Notes under the pieces: generated by a model | Told to the model about the DNA's origin: nothing | Seen by the model: the letters and a program-made list of their open reading frames with translations, nothing else | The model's database searches: none | Made by a program: the position numbers and the translations under genes | Source: Acidimicrobiia bacterium | GTDB lineage: Bacteria > Actinomycetota > Acidimicrobiia > Spongiisociales > UBA5794 | Direction: 5' to 3' | DNA length: 64,000 nucleotides | Assembly (NCBI GenBank): GCA_030066755.1 | Contig: JASJAX010000001.1 | Location: forward strand, 14,341-78,340 | In this document: piece after piece, positions 18,903-28,803 of the stretch | How positions within the stretch are numbered: position 1 is the first letter of the stretch | Layout: each line of letters opens with the position of its first letter

Positions 18903-20957
18903 TCAGATCTCCGACCCGACGCGAAACCCGCCAGCGACAGCATCGACGATCAGCCACGGCCGCTCGGCACTGTCCGGTCCAATGGTGTGCAGCTCGGGGC
19001 CGAGGTCGGCAAAGGCGCGCTGGAGCGCCGTGTTGGGTCCTTGCGGTAGGGCGAGCACGATGTCGTCGGCGGGAATCGTCAGCTCGTCGCCGTCGCGAGT
19101 GCGGAGCTGTACCCCGTCGTCTCCGATCTTCTGGAGTTCGACACCCAGGTGGATCGGCGTGTTGTGCTCCCCAAGCCAGGCCTCCAGGCGCATCAGCAAC
19201 CGTGCCGGCATCCCATCACCGAACGAATCGTCCGTGTCGATGATCGTGACCTTGCGTCCCCGTTTGATGAGGAACTCGGCCGTCTCGGCACCTTCGATGC
19301 GAGCGCCGATCACGACGACTCGCTTCCCAAACGGCAAGTACAGGTTGGTCAGCGACCTCGCCCGCTCCGGACCGAACCAGCGCAACGGCAGCTTTCCGCG
19401 CTTGGCGAGCTGTGGCGTCGTCATGACGTGACGACCGGCGATTCCGGGGATCTGGGGCACGCCGTAGGTCCCGCCGCCCGCAAGGACGACCACATCCGGC
19501 GAGCCTGCGCGGACGAGGTCGGGTGTCGCTTCGGTACCGAGCCGAACGTCGACACCGAGCGAGTCGAGCTGGCGTTCCAGATAATCGAGGTAGGCCAGGA
19601 TGTCCTCCGTCTCGGTGCCTTTCACCATCACGGCCAGTGGGAGCATTCCCCCGAGACGGGACTCCTTCTCGTAGAGCGTGACGCTGTGGCCGCGCTTCGC
19701 GGCCACCCGCGCCGCCTCCATTCCGGCCGGTCCCCCGCCGACGACGATCACACGGCGCGATTGCGCCGTCGGTTGCAGCTCGTACTCATCGACACCGCCG
19801 AGCGCAGCGTTGACCCGGCACTTGCGTGGGCTGATCTCACACGTGGCGCAACGGGTACACGGCCGGATATCCGCGACGCGCCCGGTGGCGAGCTTGACGG
19901 GCAGGTCCGGGTCAGCCCAGAGCGCCCGACCGAGCGCCGCAAGATCGGCCCGACCGTCCTCGAGCATTTGCTCGGCAGTCTCCGGCGTCAGGCCGCCCAC
20001 CCCGATGACGGGAGCTCGGACAGCGTCCTTGATCGCCCCGGCAGCCGGCAGGAGCAGCCCTTCCTTCTCCGAGGCGGCAATAAACGGCTCCATGTCGGGC
20101 TGGGGCTCCGGATACCGCCAGTAGTCGGGCACGTACTTGAACGGGACGGGTCCATGGCCGTACCCCGTGACGCTGATGTAGGCCGGATCGAGGGCGTCGA
20201 TCGCAATGGCGTTCTCGACCGCCTCGTCGACCGTGAGCGCACCGGGTGCACCCCACTCCCGACCATTGATGCGAACCCCGATCACGAAGTCGTCGGGAAC
20301 GCGAGCACGGATCCCTCGGATGATGTTGGCGACGATCCGCGTCCTCGACTCGGCAGTCTCTGGGCCGTACTCATCGGCCCGCCGGTTCCAGATTCGAGTC
20401 AGGAAGCAGGCGAGCATGTACGTGTGAGCAGCGTGAACTTCCACGCCATCGAAGCCGGCTGCGTACGCCCGCTCGGCCCCGCGGATGTAGGCCGCCTCGA
20501 CGGCCACAACCTCATCGAGATCGAGTCCACGAACCGGCTTGAAGTGCGGGGCCGGCGAGGGCAGCTCGTCTTCCTCCAGCGTCGAGGAGGACCAGGCCCG
20601 ACCCCTCGGGTAGTGATCGACTTCCGCTGGTCCGCCGTGGTTGAGCTGAACGACGATCTTCGCGCCGTGCCGATGTACCGCATCGGCTACCCGAGTCAGC
20701 CCGGGGATGAACTCGTCGTCCCAGATCGCGATCTGCGTCGCCCCGGGCGCCATGGGAATCGGCGGCACGCTGGCGAGCACGATGAGGCCGGCACCGCCAC
20801 GAGCCAACGCCTCGTAGAGCGCAACGACGCGGTCCTCCACATGACCGTCAAGTCCAACGAAGTGGGTGTCCTGGGGCGCCTTGACGATCCGATTGCGGAG
20901 CTCGACACCACCGATCGTGATCGGTGAGAGCAACCGAGCGAAGTCGTCGCGACTCAT
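18903..20957 (-). CDS. NADH:flavin oxidoreductase (OYE-like) fused to an FAD/NAD(P)-binding domain, 2,4-dienoyl-CoA-reductase-like
   Basis: N-terminal TIM-barrel OYE motifs (VQLNHGGP, HAAHTYM). CxxC...C Fe-S cluster. Two Rossmann motifs (VVGGGPAGMEAA; VVVIGARIEG). Confidence 0.8.
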   Translation of the reverse strand: MSRDDFARLLSPITIGGVELRNRIVKAPQDTHFVGLDGHVEDRVVALYEALARGGAGLIVLASVPPIPMAPGATQIAIWDDEFIPGLTRVADAVHRHGAKIVVQLNHGGPAEVDHYPRGRAWSSSTLEEDELPSPAPHFKPVRGLDLDEVVAVEAAYIRGAERAYAAGFDGVEVHAAHTYMLACFLTRIWNRRADEYGPETAESRTRIVANIIRGIRARVPDDFVIGVRINGREWGAPGALTVDEAVENAIAIDALDPAYISVTGYGHGPVPFKYVPDYWRYPEPQPDMEPFIAASEKEGLLLPAAGAIKDAVRAPVIGVGGLTPETAEQMLEDGRADLAALGRALWADPDLPVKLATGRVADIRPCTRCATCEISPRKCRVNAALGGVDEYELQPTAQSRRVIVVGGGPAGMEAARVAAKRGHSVTLYEKESRLGGMLPLAVMVKGTETEDILAYLDYLERQLDSLGVDVRLGTEATPDLVRAGSPDVVVLAGGGTYGVPQIPGIAGRHVMTTPQLAKRGKLPLRWFGPERARSLTNLYLPFGKRVVVIGARIEGAETAEFLIKRGRKVTIIDTDDSFGDGMPARLLMRLEAWLGEHNTPIHLGVELQKIGDDGVQLRTRDGDELTIPADDIVLALPQGPNTALQRAFADLGPELHTIGPDSAERPWLIVDAVAGGFRVGSEI

Positions 20958-21011
20958 CTCAGCCCCGTCGAACGGAGCGGGTGTCGGCTCGTGCCGCTCG
21001 GCGACCCGTGG

Positions 21012-21683
21012 TCAGGCGATGATGTCTTCGCGATCGATCTCCCAGATGAGCTCCGAGTAGAGGTCACCACCGGGCACCCAGTGTTTGCGTGAGTACTTGG
21101 CGTTCGGGTTGTACGCCTTGATGATCCACTCATCGAGGTCGCAGTAGTTCGACGAGTAGTCGGTGTCCGGCGAATTGTCGCGCAGATAGTCACCGATCGG
21201 GCAGTTCAACCTGAGGACATACTTCACCATCGTGCCGTCATCGTCGTAGTACCGCTCCGTGTCGAGCTTCGGCGACCACTGGAAGTACGACCAGAACTCG
21301 TTGAAGAAGTTCTCGAGGTTGAGCGGCAGGCCCTTGGCGCGCACCTTGTCGCGCATCATGGTGCCCATCTCTTCTCCCTGGCGACGGCGTGCTCGTTCGA
21401 CGGCGGCTCGGCCTTCGTCGGTCCCGAGCTCACTCTCGAAGGCGTTCGCCATCACGGAGAAGATCTTGGTCTTGGCGTGGAACTCGGCTTCGTTCTTGTC
21501 CCAGCCTTGCTGGATCGGATCGCTCTTCGAGACCTCGCGGTACTTCTCCATGTATCGACGTTGACCGTCGAGGTCCTCTTCGATGCTCGTGCGAGCATGC
21601 GAGTCGCCTTTGACGCTCTTGACGGCGTCGGCGAGCTCCTTCAGTTCGGGATGGGCCACCTCGACCCGTGCGTAGTCGCTCAC
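21012..21683 (-). CDS. hypothetical protein with atypical (K/E/N/Y-rich) composition
   Basis: GTG start with GGAGG at -7. Conserved Cys pair (NCPIGDY...NYCDLDEW). Visibly less GC-rich than the neighbours. Confidence 0.5.
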   Translation of the reverse strand: MSDYARVEVAHPELKELADAVKSVKGDSHARTSIEEDLDGQRRYMEKYREVSKSDPIQQGWDKNEAEFHAKTKIFSVMANAFESELGTDEGRAAVERARRRQGEEMGTMMRDKVRAKGLPLNLENFFNEFWSYFQWSPKLDTERYYDDDGTMVKYVLRLNCPIGDYLRDNSPDTDYSSNYCDLDEWIIKAYNPNAKYSRKHWVPGGDLYSELIWEIDREDIIA

Positions 21684-21737
21684 GGTTGAACCTCCGGGCA
21701 GTCGTCGACGTTGCGGCTGCTCAGTACCAGCCAGTAC

Positions 21738-22706
21738 TCACTCTAGTCGATGCTGCACGGCAACGCCGGGGAGCGGACGTGAACGTTCGGCCGCCCGAGC
21801 GCGTGCGACGGTGACGACGGTGACTCCCGCGATCACCATGACCAGACCGGCCCACTGAGACAGCGAGAAGACCTCCTGGAAGATGAGATACGCCCACAGG
21901 ATGGTTCCCGCCGGCTGCAGGACGAGCAACATCGATGTCTCCCACGCCTCGATCAGCGGCAACGTCGCATTGATCAACAGCCACCCCACGACCTGCGACC
22001 CCAGGGCAAGCAAGAGCAGCCACCCGTGGGACGGCCACGAGATGGCCAGCGAGAAGCCTCCGTCGAACGGCGCGAGGGCGAGTGCGCCGACCGCCGCTCC
22101 GGCCGTTGCATCCAGCAATGACTCGGCAGGCGACGCGCCTGCGGTGCCCGCTCCACGAAGCAGGAGCACGTACGTCGTGTACAGCACAGCGGTGAGGACG
22201 CCGAACACGACGCCCAGAACCGGATCCTCACCCTGTGCGTCGGCGCTCCCGAATCCCGAGATGAACACCACGCCGACCATGACGACCGGTGTCGCCAGCA
22301 CCGCAAGCGACGTCGGTCGCTGACGCAACAGCAACCACCCAGCCAGCATGGTTGTGACGACGTGCACGCTGCCGACCACGGTCGCAAGACCTGCGCCGAT
22401 GAGTTCGATGGCGACATGCCACGCTGCGAGATCGCCGGCGAACGCAAACCCGGCACCAAAGGCCATGAGACGTTGGGAGCGGGTTCGCATCGAGCTGCGA
22501 CGCATCGCACGACTCAGAAGCCACAGCGCGGGCACCGCGTAGGCCGTCCGAAAGAACGCAACGGTGATGGGCGACGCCTCGGAGAGACGCACGAAGATCG
22601 CGCTGAACGAGATGATGGCCACGCCGAGCACCATTCGCCAGCGAAGCATTGCCCCGGAACCGGCGGGTGATCGTGCCGAGGTCATCCGCTCACACTCGGC
22701 GGACAA
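21738..22706 (-). CDS. EamA/DMT-family transporter
   Basis: About 10 TM helices with two EamA-like halves. Confidence 0.75.
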   Translation of the reverse strand: MSAECERMTSARSPAGSGAMLRWRMVLGVAIISFSAIFVRLSEASPITVAFFRTAYAVPALWLLSRAMRRSSMRTRSQRLMAFGAGFAFAGDLAAWHVAIELIGAGLATVVGSVHVVTTMLAGWLLLRQRPTSLAVLATPVVMVGVVFISGFGSADAQGEDPVLGVVFGVLTAVLYTTYVLLLRGAGTAGASPAESLLDATAGAAVGALALAPFDGGFSLAISWPSHGWLLLLALGSQVVGWLLINATLPLIEAWETSMLLVLQPAGTILWAYLIFQEVFSLSQWAGLVMVIAGVTVVTVARARAAERSRPLPGVAVQHRLE

Positions 22707-22733
22707 GGCCGGCGCAGCGGCCGTGCAGCCGGG

Positions 22734-23207
22734 TCACTGCCAGTCGGATCCCGTTTGGAACAACTCCAGAACGATGCCACCGACCTCCCGAGTATCGAAA
22801 TACGCAAAGTGGCCCCCGTCGGACAGCCAGCCCTCGGAGATCACGTCGTAGCCGAGCCCGGTGAGCTCCTCCTTGTCGCGCTCGAGATCGTCGGTGAACG
22901 CACACAGGTGGACTACCCCTTCGCCGTGGCGCTCGAGGAACTCCCCCTGGATCGTGTTCCCCGATACGGGCTGGAGGAGTTCGAACTCGATGTCGCCCAT
23001 CTTGGCGAGGGTGCCGCGTACTGCGGCATCCGGGGCAGATTCGCCGTAGATCTCACGGCGCAACGTGTGCGCCGATGGACCTTCCTCGAACGGTCCGATC
23101 CCGAGGCGTTCGTAGAATGCTTTGGCACGGTCGAGGTCTCTGACGACCACGCCTACTTGGTACGTGCGATCCCACAGACCGGGGCGTGCTCCCTGCTCGT
23201 CGGCCAT
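22734..23207 (-). CDS. VOC-family protein (glyoxalase/methylmalonyl-CoA-epimerase-like)
   Basis: 157 aa. YQVGVVVRDLDRAKAFYERLGIGPF...GEGVVHLCAF. Confidence 0.75.
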   Translation of the reverse strand: MADEQGARPGLWDRTYQVGVVVRDLDRAKAFYERLGIGPFEEGPSAHTLRREIYGESAPDAAVRGTLAKMGDIEFELLQPVSGNTIQGEFLERHGEGVVHLCAFTDDLERDKEELTGLGYDVISEGWLSDGGHFAYFDTREVGGIVLELFQTGSDWQ

Positions 23208-23376
23208 GGCTCTCCTCCACCGCTCGATGTCGGGTCGGATGCACGATGCCGGCGGCGGTCCTGCCGTCGGTTCGACGCCGGATGCACCTGCATCCGTCCG
23301 GTACTTACGGGTACCCTACTCGAAGGCCGATTCGCACGATCGGCTGCGATGCCACCCCGATCCAGCAGGGGGATCC

Positions 23377-23901
23377 ATGGAAGACGGCACCCACTCCACC
23401 CTCGGACCGTACGAGCGAGCCAGGCCGGACGACCGCCTCGAGATCGCCGATCTGATCCACCGCTACGCCTATCACTTCGACCGAAACGAACCGGAGCTCG
23501 TGGCCGATCTGTTCACGGAGGACGCCGTGATCGACTACGGACCCGAGTTCCCGCCCATCATCGGCCGTGACACGGTCGCCGGTCGAATCACCCCGGGCCT
23601 CGAAACGATCTTCGCTGCCTCGAGCCACCACATCGGGAACGTCATCGTCAACTTCGTCGGCAGCGACGAGGCAGGGGCGATCGCCTACGTCTACGCCTGG
23701 CACCGGTACGTGGCCGACTCGAGCATTGGACAGATGTGGGGGCAATACCACCTCGACGTGCGACGGACGGCCGATGGCTGGCGGATCGCTGCCCTCACCT
23801 TGCGCGTTGTTGCGACTGAGGCGTTCCACCGTGACCGCATGCATCCGATCGGCCGGCGGCCCGTGGCCCCTGCGACGCCCGATCCGGGCGACCGGCACTA
23901 G
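23377..23901 (+). CDS. SnoaL-like / NTF2-family protein
   Basis: IADLIHRYAYHFDRNE...LFTEDAVIDYGPE is typical of an NTF2-like fold. Confidence 0.6.
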   Translation: MEDGTHSTLGPYERARPDDRLEIADLIHRYAYHFDRNEPELVADLFTEDAVIDYGPEFPPIIGRDTVAGRITPGLETIFAASSHHIGNVIVNFVGSDEAGAIAYVYAWHRYVADSSIGQMWGQYHLDVRRTADGWRIAALTLRVVATEAFHRDRMHPIGRRPVAPATPDPGDRH

Positions 23902-23913
23902 ATTCCAATCCAG

Positions 23914-24534
23914 ATGGCGATCAAGCACGACCCCGAGACGACGAACGAGGCGCTTGCCGACGAGCCGGTCGGCGCCGACGAAAACGGTGAGCGGGTTCGC
24001 GCAGCCATCCTCGACACCACCTACGACCTCCTCATCGACAAGGGGTACGCCGAGGTCACCACCGACGACATCGCCTCAGCCGCCAGGGTGAGCAAGGCCA
24101 CGATCTACCGACACTGGCGGAGCAAGCAGGAACTCGTCGTGGACGCCGCACGGAAGCACTTCGGCAAGGTCGACGCGCCCGATCTCGGCTCCTTCGGCGA
24201 AGAGATCCACTGGATCCTCGAGCACCGCCTCCAGGACTACCGCGAGCCTGGAACGCTCCGCCTCGTCGGCAGCCTCGTCGGTGCAGCGACGTCGGATCCC
24301 CAGCTTCAATCGTTGTTCACCGAGTGGGTCGAGCAGCTGAGCCGGTCCATCCGCCGAGCGATTCAGCGCGGCATCGCACGCGGTGACGTTCGCCCAGAGG
24401 TCGACATCCTGGCTCTCGAGACGGTCATTGCCGGCATCGTGGCTCGCACGGTGGTGGCCCAGCACAGCTTCTCCCTGGCCACAGTTACCGGCATCGTCGA
24501 CCTGATCTCCACGGCTGCAACTCCGGCTGATTGA
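23914..24534 (+). CDS. TetR-family transcriptional regulator
   Basis: N-terminal HTH: TTDDIASAARVSKATIYRHWRSKQELV. Confidence 0.85.
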   Translation: MAIKHDPETTNEALADEPVGADENGERVRAAILDTTYDLLIDKGYAEVTTDDIASAARVSKATIYRHWRSKQELVVDAARKHFGKVDAPDLGSFGEEIHWILEHRLQDYREPGTLRLVGSLVGAATSDPQLQSLFTEWVEQLSRSIRRAIQRGIARGDVRPEVDILALETVIAGIVARTVVAQHSFSLATVTGIVDLISTAATPAD

Positions 24535-24686
24535 GGAGACTCCGGCCGTCCGGTACGGCCGAGTATCCACCCTTCCCGTCGCACTTGCCGGGCGCCAGGC
24601 GACCGCAGGCGGCAGGTCGAAACTGATATGATCAGCGTTGGACCAGCACCATGACGAAGCCACGGCGCTGAAGACGTGCCGACTGA

Positions 24687-24700
24687 GTACTGATCAGTAC
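24687..24700. promoter_or_regulatory. perfect 14-bp palindrome GTACTGATCAGTAC, a candidate TetR operator
   Basis: Perfect palindrome 45 nt upstream of the E1-alpha start and downstream of tetR. A related half-site, CTGATATGATCAG, is at 24623-24635. It also fits the heptamer-family motif. Confidence 0.35.
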
Positions 24701-24744
24701 AGGGCAAGGTACGACCGGCCGTCCGGCAGAGGAGAGCACGGAGC

Positions 24745-25761
24745 ATGACAGCAGGGGCGGATGCATCGGCGGACACGGTCTCGATCCCCCTCGACAAGAA
24801 GCTCGAGATGTATCGAATGATGCTCGACGCTCGACTCTTCGAAGAGAAGGCGCACAAGCTCTTCTTCGAAGGACTCGTCAAAGGCACCTCGCACCTCGCC
24901 CTCGGTCAGGAAGCCGTCGCCGCCGGATTTGCCGCAGCGATGCGCAGTGACGACCTGACCTTCTGTACGTATAGAGGCCACACCCACACCCTCCTGCGCG
25001 GCGCAGACATGGGCGCCTTGATGGCCGAACTCCTCGGTCGCGGTAATGGGATCTGCGGCGGCAAAGGTGGCTCGATGCACCTGACCGACGTGAGCGTGGG
25101 TGCAATGGGCTCGTACGCCATCGTCGGCGCGCACCTCCCGATTGCCGCCGGCGCCGCTTGGGCGGCCCAGGCACGCGGGACCGGACAGGTCTCGGTGGTG
25201 TTCTTCGGGGATGGCGCCACCAACATCGGCGCGTTCCACGAGGCGCTCAATCTCGCTGCGGTCTGGAGCCTGCCCGTGGTCTTCGTTTGTGAGAACAACC
25301 TCTACATGGAGTACACCCCGATCGGCGCAGTCACCGCCGTCCCCAACCCTGCTGCGGATCGAGCCGGCGCCTACGGGCTCGAGGGCATCATTCTCGACGG
25401 GAACGACGTCGAGGCGGTCTACTCCACTGCGACGGCGGCGCTGGAGCATGCTCGAGCCGGCGGCGGACCACAGCTCATCGAGGCCAAGACCTATCGACAT
25501 GGTGGCCACTCGCGGGCCGATCCGGGCACCTACCGCCCTGACGAGGAGGTGCAGGAGTGGTTGGATCGGGATCCGATCCCGGCATTCCGGGCCAGGCTCG
25601 AAGCCGCCGGAGTGGCCGCAGAGACGCTCGACACCATCGAGGCGGAATCCGACGCGGCCGTCGAAGCAGCCACCGAAGTGGCTCGTAGCGGTCCGTTCCC
25701 CGATCCGGCGAACCTGGAGACCCAGGTGTGGGCCGATGGAGGTTCATCGTGGCGGAACTGA
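24745..25761 (+). CDS. 2-oxoacid (pyruvate/acetoin-type) dehydrogenase E1 component, alpha subunit (TPP-binding)
   Basis: YRGHTHT...GGKGGSMH...VVFFGDGATNIGAFHEALNLAA...CENNLY. Confidence 0.85.
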   Translation: MTAGADASADTVSIPLDKKLEMYRMMLDARLFEEKAHKLFFEGLVKGTSHLALGQEAVAAGFAAAMRSDDLTFCTYRGHTHTLLRGADMGALMAELLGRGNGICGGKGGSMHLTDVSVGAMGSYAIVGAHLPIAAGAAWAAQARGTGQVSVVFFGDGATNIGAFHEALNLAAVWSLPVVFVCENNLYMEYTPIGAVTAVPNPAADRAGAYGLEGIILDGNDVEAVYSTATAALEHARAGGGPQLIEAKTYRHGGHSRADPGTYRPDEEVQEWLDRDPIPAFRARLEAAGVAAETLDTIEAESDAAVEAATEVARSGPFPDPANLETQVWADGGSSWRN

Positions 25762-26726
25762 CATACCGACAAGCCGTCGCACGGGGCATCGCCCAGGAGA
25801 TGGACCGCGATCCGACCGTGTACTTCATCGGTGAGGACGTGGCCGCGGCAGGTGGCGTCTTCAAGACCACGGAGGGACTCCAGGATCGGTTCGGTCCGGA
25901 ACGGGTTCGCGACACTCCGATCTCCGAGGAGGCGATCACCGGTGCCGTGATGGGGGCCGCGATGAACGGGCTCCGTCCGATCGCCGAGATCATGTTCTCG
26001 GACTTCTTTGCCACGTGCTGGGACATCGTCGCGAACCAGATCGCCAAGGCCCGATACATGACGGACGGTCAGATCACCTTGCCGCTCGTGATCCGTGCGG
26101 CCAACGGCGGCGGCGCACGTTTCGGTGCGCAGCACTCGCAGGCGATGGAGAACTGGGCGATGGCGATCCCGGGCCTGAAGGTGGTCGCACCGTCGAACGC
26201 CCACGACGTCGTCGGATTGCTTGCGGCGTCGGTGCGCGACGACGATCCGGTCGTCTTCCTGGAGCAGAAGTCGCTCTACGCATCGAGGCAGGAAGTCCCG
26301 GAAGGGGAGATCGTCGGGGAACTCGGCAAGGCCGCCGTCGTGCGTGAGGGCGCTGACATCACCGTCGTGGCGCTCGCCGCCATGGTGCCACGGGCGCTGG
26401 AAGCCGCCGAGACGTTGGCCGGTGAGGGCATCGACGTCGAAGTCGTCGATCTGCGCAGCCTCGTCCCTCTCGATGTGACCACGGTGCTGAACTCGGTCGT
26501 CAAGACCTCGCGGATGGTCACGGTCGAGGAGAACCCCCGGCTGTGTGGGTGGGGTGCGGAAGTCACGTCGATCGTGACCGAAGAGGCCTTCTACGACCTC
26601 GACGCGCCGACGCTGCGGATCACCACGCCGCACATCCCCCTGCCGTCCGCCGATACGCTGGAGGATCTCGCCATGCCGTCCGCCGAGACCATTGCGTCCG
26701 AGCTTCGGCGCGTGGGCAATGGCTGA
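25749..26726 (+). CDS. 2-oxoacid dehydrogenase E1 component, beta subunit
   Basis: GTG start with GGAGG at -7. AELTYRQAVARGIAQEMDRDPTVYFIGEDV is the classic E1-beta N-terminus. Overlaps the E1-alpha stop. Confidence 0.85.
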   Translation: MAELTYRQAVARGIAQEMDRDPTVYFIGEDVAAAGGVFKTTEGLQDRFGPERVRDTPISEEAITGAVMGAAMNGLRPIAEIMFSDFFATCWDIVANQIAKARYMTDGQITLPLVIRAANGGGARFGAQHSQAMENWAMAIPGLKVVAPSNAHDVVGLLAASVRDDDPVVFLEQKSLYASRQEVPEGEIVGELGKAAVVREGADITVVALAAMVPRALEAAETLAGEGIDVEVVDLRSLVPLDVTTVLNSVVKTSRMVTVEENPRLCGWGAEVTSIVTEEAFYDLDAPTLRITTPHIPLPSADTLEDLAMPSAETIASELRRVGNG

Positions 26727-26753
26727 GGACGAGCCGATCGGGAGCCCGATCCC

Positions 26754-27866
26754 ATGAGCACGGTGCTGCTCTCCGGCGTCGGTGCGTTGGGAAGCTGGGC
26801 GCTCGAGCTCCTCGCCCGGGCCGACGGCGTCGACCGGATCATCACGCTGAAGCGGCGCCCCTGGGATGGTCCGTCGCGGACGAACCTCGCAATGATCGGT
26901 GCCGTCTTCCAGGGCCATACCAAGGCGTGGGAACACCGGGAACTCGATCTCGCCGACGTCGACCTGGTGGCCAAGCTGATCGCCGAAGAACGTCCTGACG
27001 CCATTCTCCACTCGGCAACGGTCCAGTCACCGCGCCGGTTGATGAACGCATCGGTCGACCCAGCGATCCGGGCGCTCATGCGAAAGGCAACCTTCGGGAT
27101 GTGGCTGCCGTGGCACCTCCTGCCCGCTGCTCGACTGACTCAGGCCATCGACGCAGCGGGCATCGAGACGGTGGTCGTCAACGCGTCGTTCCCGGACGTC
27201 GTCAACCCGGTGATCCACCGCCAGTTCGGTCATGGGCCCATCGCGGGAGCCGGCAACGTCGAGATCTGTGTCGCTCAAATCGTCCGCTACATGGTGGACG
27301 TGGCTCACGTCGACCCGACTGATCTCGATGTGTCGCTGGTCGGGTCGCACGCACTCCTCAGCTACGGCGAGGAGGTCCCCCACCATCTCCATCTGACGAT
27401 CGACGGCCGCGACGTCAATGACGAGTACGACCTCACCACGATGCTGCACTGGCCCAAACCGATTCAGTGGAACCGGGTCGACGAGTTCTCGCTGTTCGCC
27501 GCTTCCGCCGTCAAGAACCTGCTGGCGCTCATCGGTGATCACGACGCACGCACCCATGTGTCGGGGCCGCTCGGCCTTCCCGGCGGCTACCCGGTCATCG
27601 TCGGACCGGGAGGCATCGAGCTCGATCTGCCCCCGGAAATCGACCTCGACACCGCAATCGATCTCAACACCCGAGCCGCCCGCTGGGACGGCATCGAACG
27701 GATCGACGACGACGGCACCGTGGTCTACACCGACAGCGCCCGTGATGCGATCGGCGAACTCGGCCTTTCCGACCCCGACGTCCATCTCGACGACATCGTC
27801 GAACACGCCGCCCAACTCTTGGAACTGTATGAACGACTCACGACTCTGGAGGGCACCCATGCCTGA
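26754..27866 (+). CDS. NAD(P)-binding protein, saccharopine-dehydrogenase-like
   Basis: N-terminal Rossmann motif VLLSGVGALGSWALELLA. Long C-terminal domain. The family call is tentative. Confidence 0.5.
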   Translation: MSTVLLSGVGALGSWALELLARADGVDRIITLKRRPWDGPSRTNLAMIGAVFQGHTKAWEHRELDLADVDLVAKLIAEERPDAILHSATVQSPRRLMNASVDPAIRALMRKATFGMWLPWHLLPAARLTQAIDAAGIETVVVNASFPDVVNPVIHRQFGHGPIAGAGNVEICVAQIVRYMVDVAHVDPTDLDVSLVGSHALLSYGEEVPHHLHLTIDGRDVNDEYDLTTMLHWPKPIQWNRVDEFSLFAASAVKNLLALIGDHDARTHVSGPLGLPGGYPVIVGPGGIELDLPPEIDLDTAIDLNTRAARWDGIERIDDDGTVVYTDSARDAIGELGLSDPDVHLDDIVEHAAQLLELYERLTTLEGTHA

Positions 27867-28803
27867 GTTCGTCCGCAAGCCCCTCGCGGGACTCTTCCCG
27901 CTCGTTCCCCTCAGCCTCGACGCCGACGAGGAGATCGTTCTCGAAGGCGTCCGCGACAGCATTGGGCTGCTCGGTGCATCCGGGGTCCCGGGATGCATCG
28001 TCTTCGGGTCCATGGGTCAGATGACCAATGTGAGCCCGGACGAGTTCGATGCTGTGTGCGACACGGCGGTGGAGGCGGCCCATGAGGCAGGAATCGCCGT
28101 GGTTGTTGGGAGCACCTCTGCGTATCAGCGCGAGGCAATCCGACGTGCCCGGTACGCAGAGCGGGCTGGTGCCGACGGGTCCATGCTGGCAGCGCCGTAT
28201 GCCCTCCCGGTGACGCCCGACTGGGCAATGAGCTTCTTCGTCGAGGTCGCCGAGTCGCTCGACGGTGACATGGCGCTCATGCTCTACAACTACGGGCCAC
28301 TCAACGGTGTCAACATCACGGCAGACATGTGGGAACGGCTGCTCGAGGTCGAGAACATCAAGTCGATCAAAGAATCCAACCTCGCCCTCCCCCACGCCGA
28401 CCAGGTGCTGCTGACGATCGCCGACCGGGTGAATGTCTTCTCGGGCAACGATCCGGGCTTCTTCCACTCGTCGATGCTCGGCGCCGTCGGCGCCACCGGC
28501 ATCTTCAGCTGGGCCGGCCTGAAGACCGGCAACAAGTTCGTGGAGGAGTGCCGCAAGGGCAACCACAACGATCCCTGGGTGCGGAAGGCGTTTGCCGCGA
28601 TCCAGGGCCTGTCGGCGTCGATTCGCCGGCCGGACATGCCGTCGATGCTCTCGCACGAGCACGGCTACCTGAATGCCATCTCGGAGCTGGGCGGCGCAAC
28701 CCCGGGGGCGCCACGCAAGCCCTACCGGCCGATCCCGGATGCCGCGGTTGCCGAAGTGCGCAAGGCGGCAGCCGCCGTACAGACACTGGAGGCAGAACTG
28801 TGA
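27859..28803 (+). CDS. DapA-family (dihydrodipicolinate synthase/N-acetylneuraminate lyase family) aldolase
   Basis: GSMGQMTNVSPDEF...VVVGSTSAYQREAIRRARYAERAGADGSMLAAPY is the DHDPS-like TIM barrel. 8-nt overlap with the upstream gene. Confidence 0.7.
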   Translation: MPEFVRKPLAGLFPLVPLSLDADEEIVLEGVRDSIGLLGASGVPGCIVFGSMGQMTNVSPDEFDAVCDTAVEAAHEAGIAVVVGSTSAYQREAIRRARYAERAGADGSMLAAPYALPVTPDWAMSFFVEVAESLDGDMALMLYNYGPLNGVNITADMWERLLEVENIKSIKESNLALPHADQVLLTIADRVNVFSGNDPGFFHSSMLGAVGATGIFSWAGLKTGNKFVEECRKGNHNDPWVRKAFAAIQGLSASIRRPDMPSMLSHEHGYLNAISELGGATPGAPRKPYRPIPDAAVAEVRKAAAAVQTLEAEL

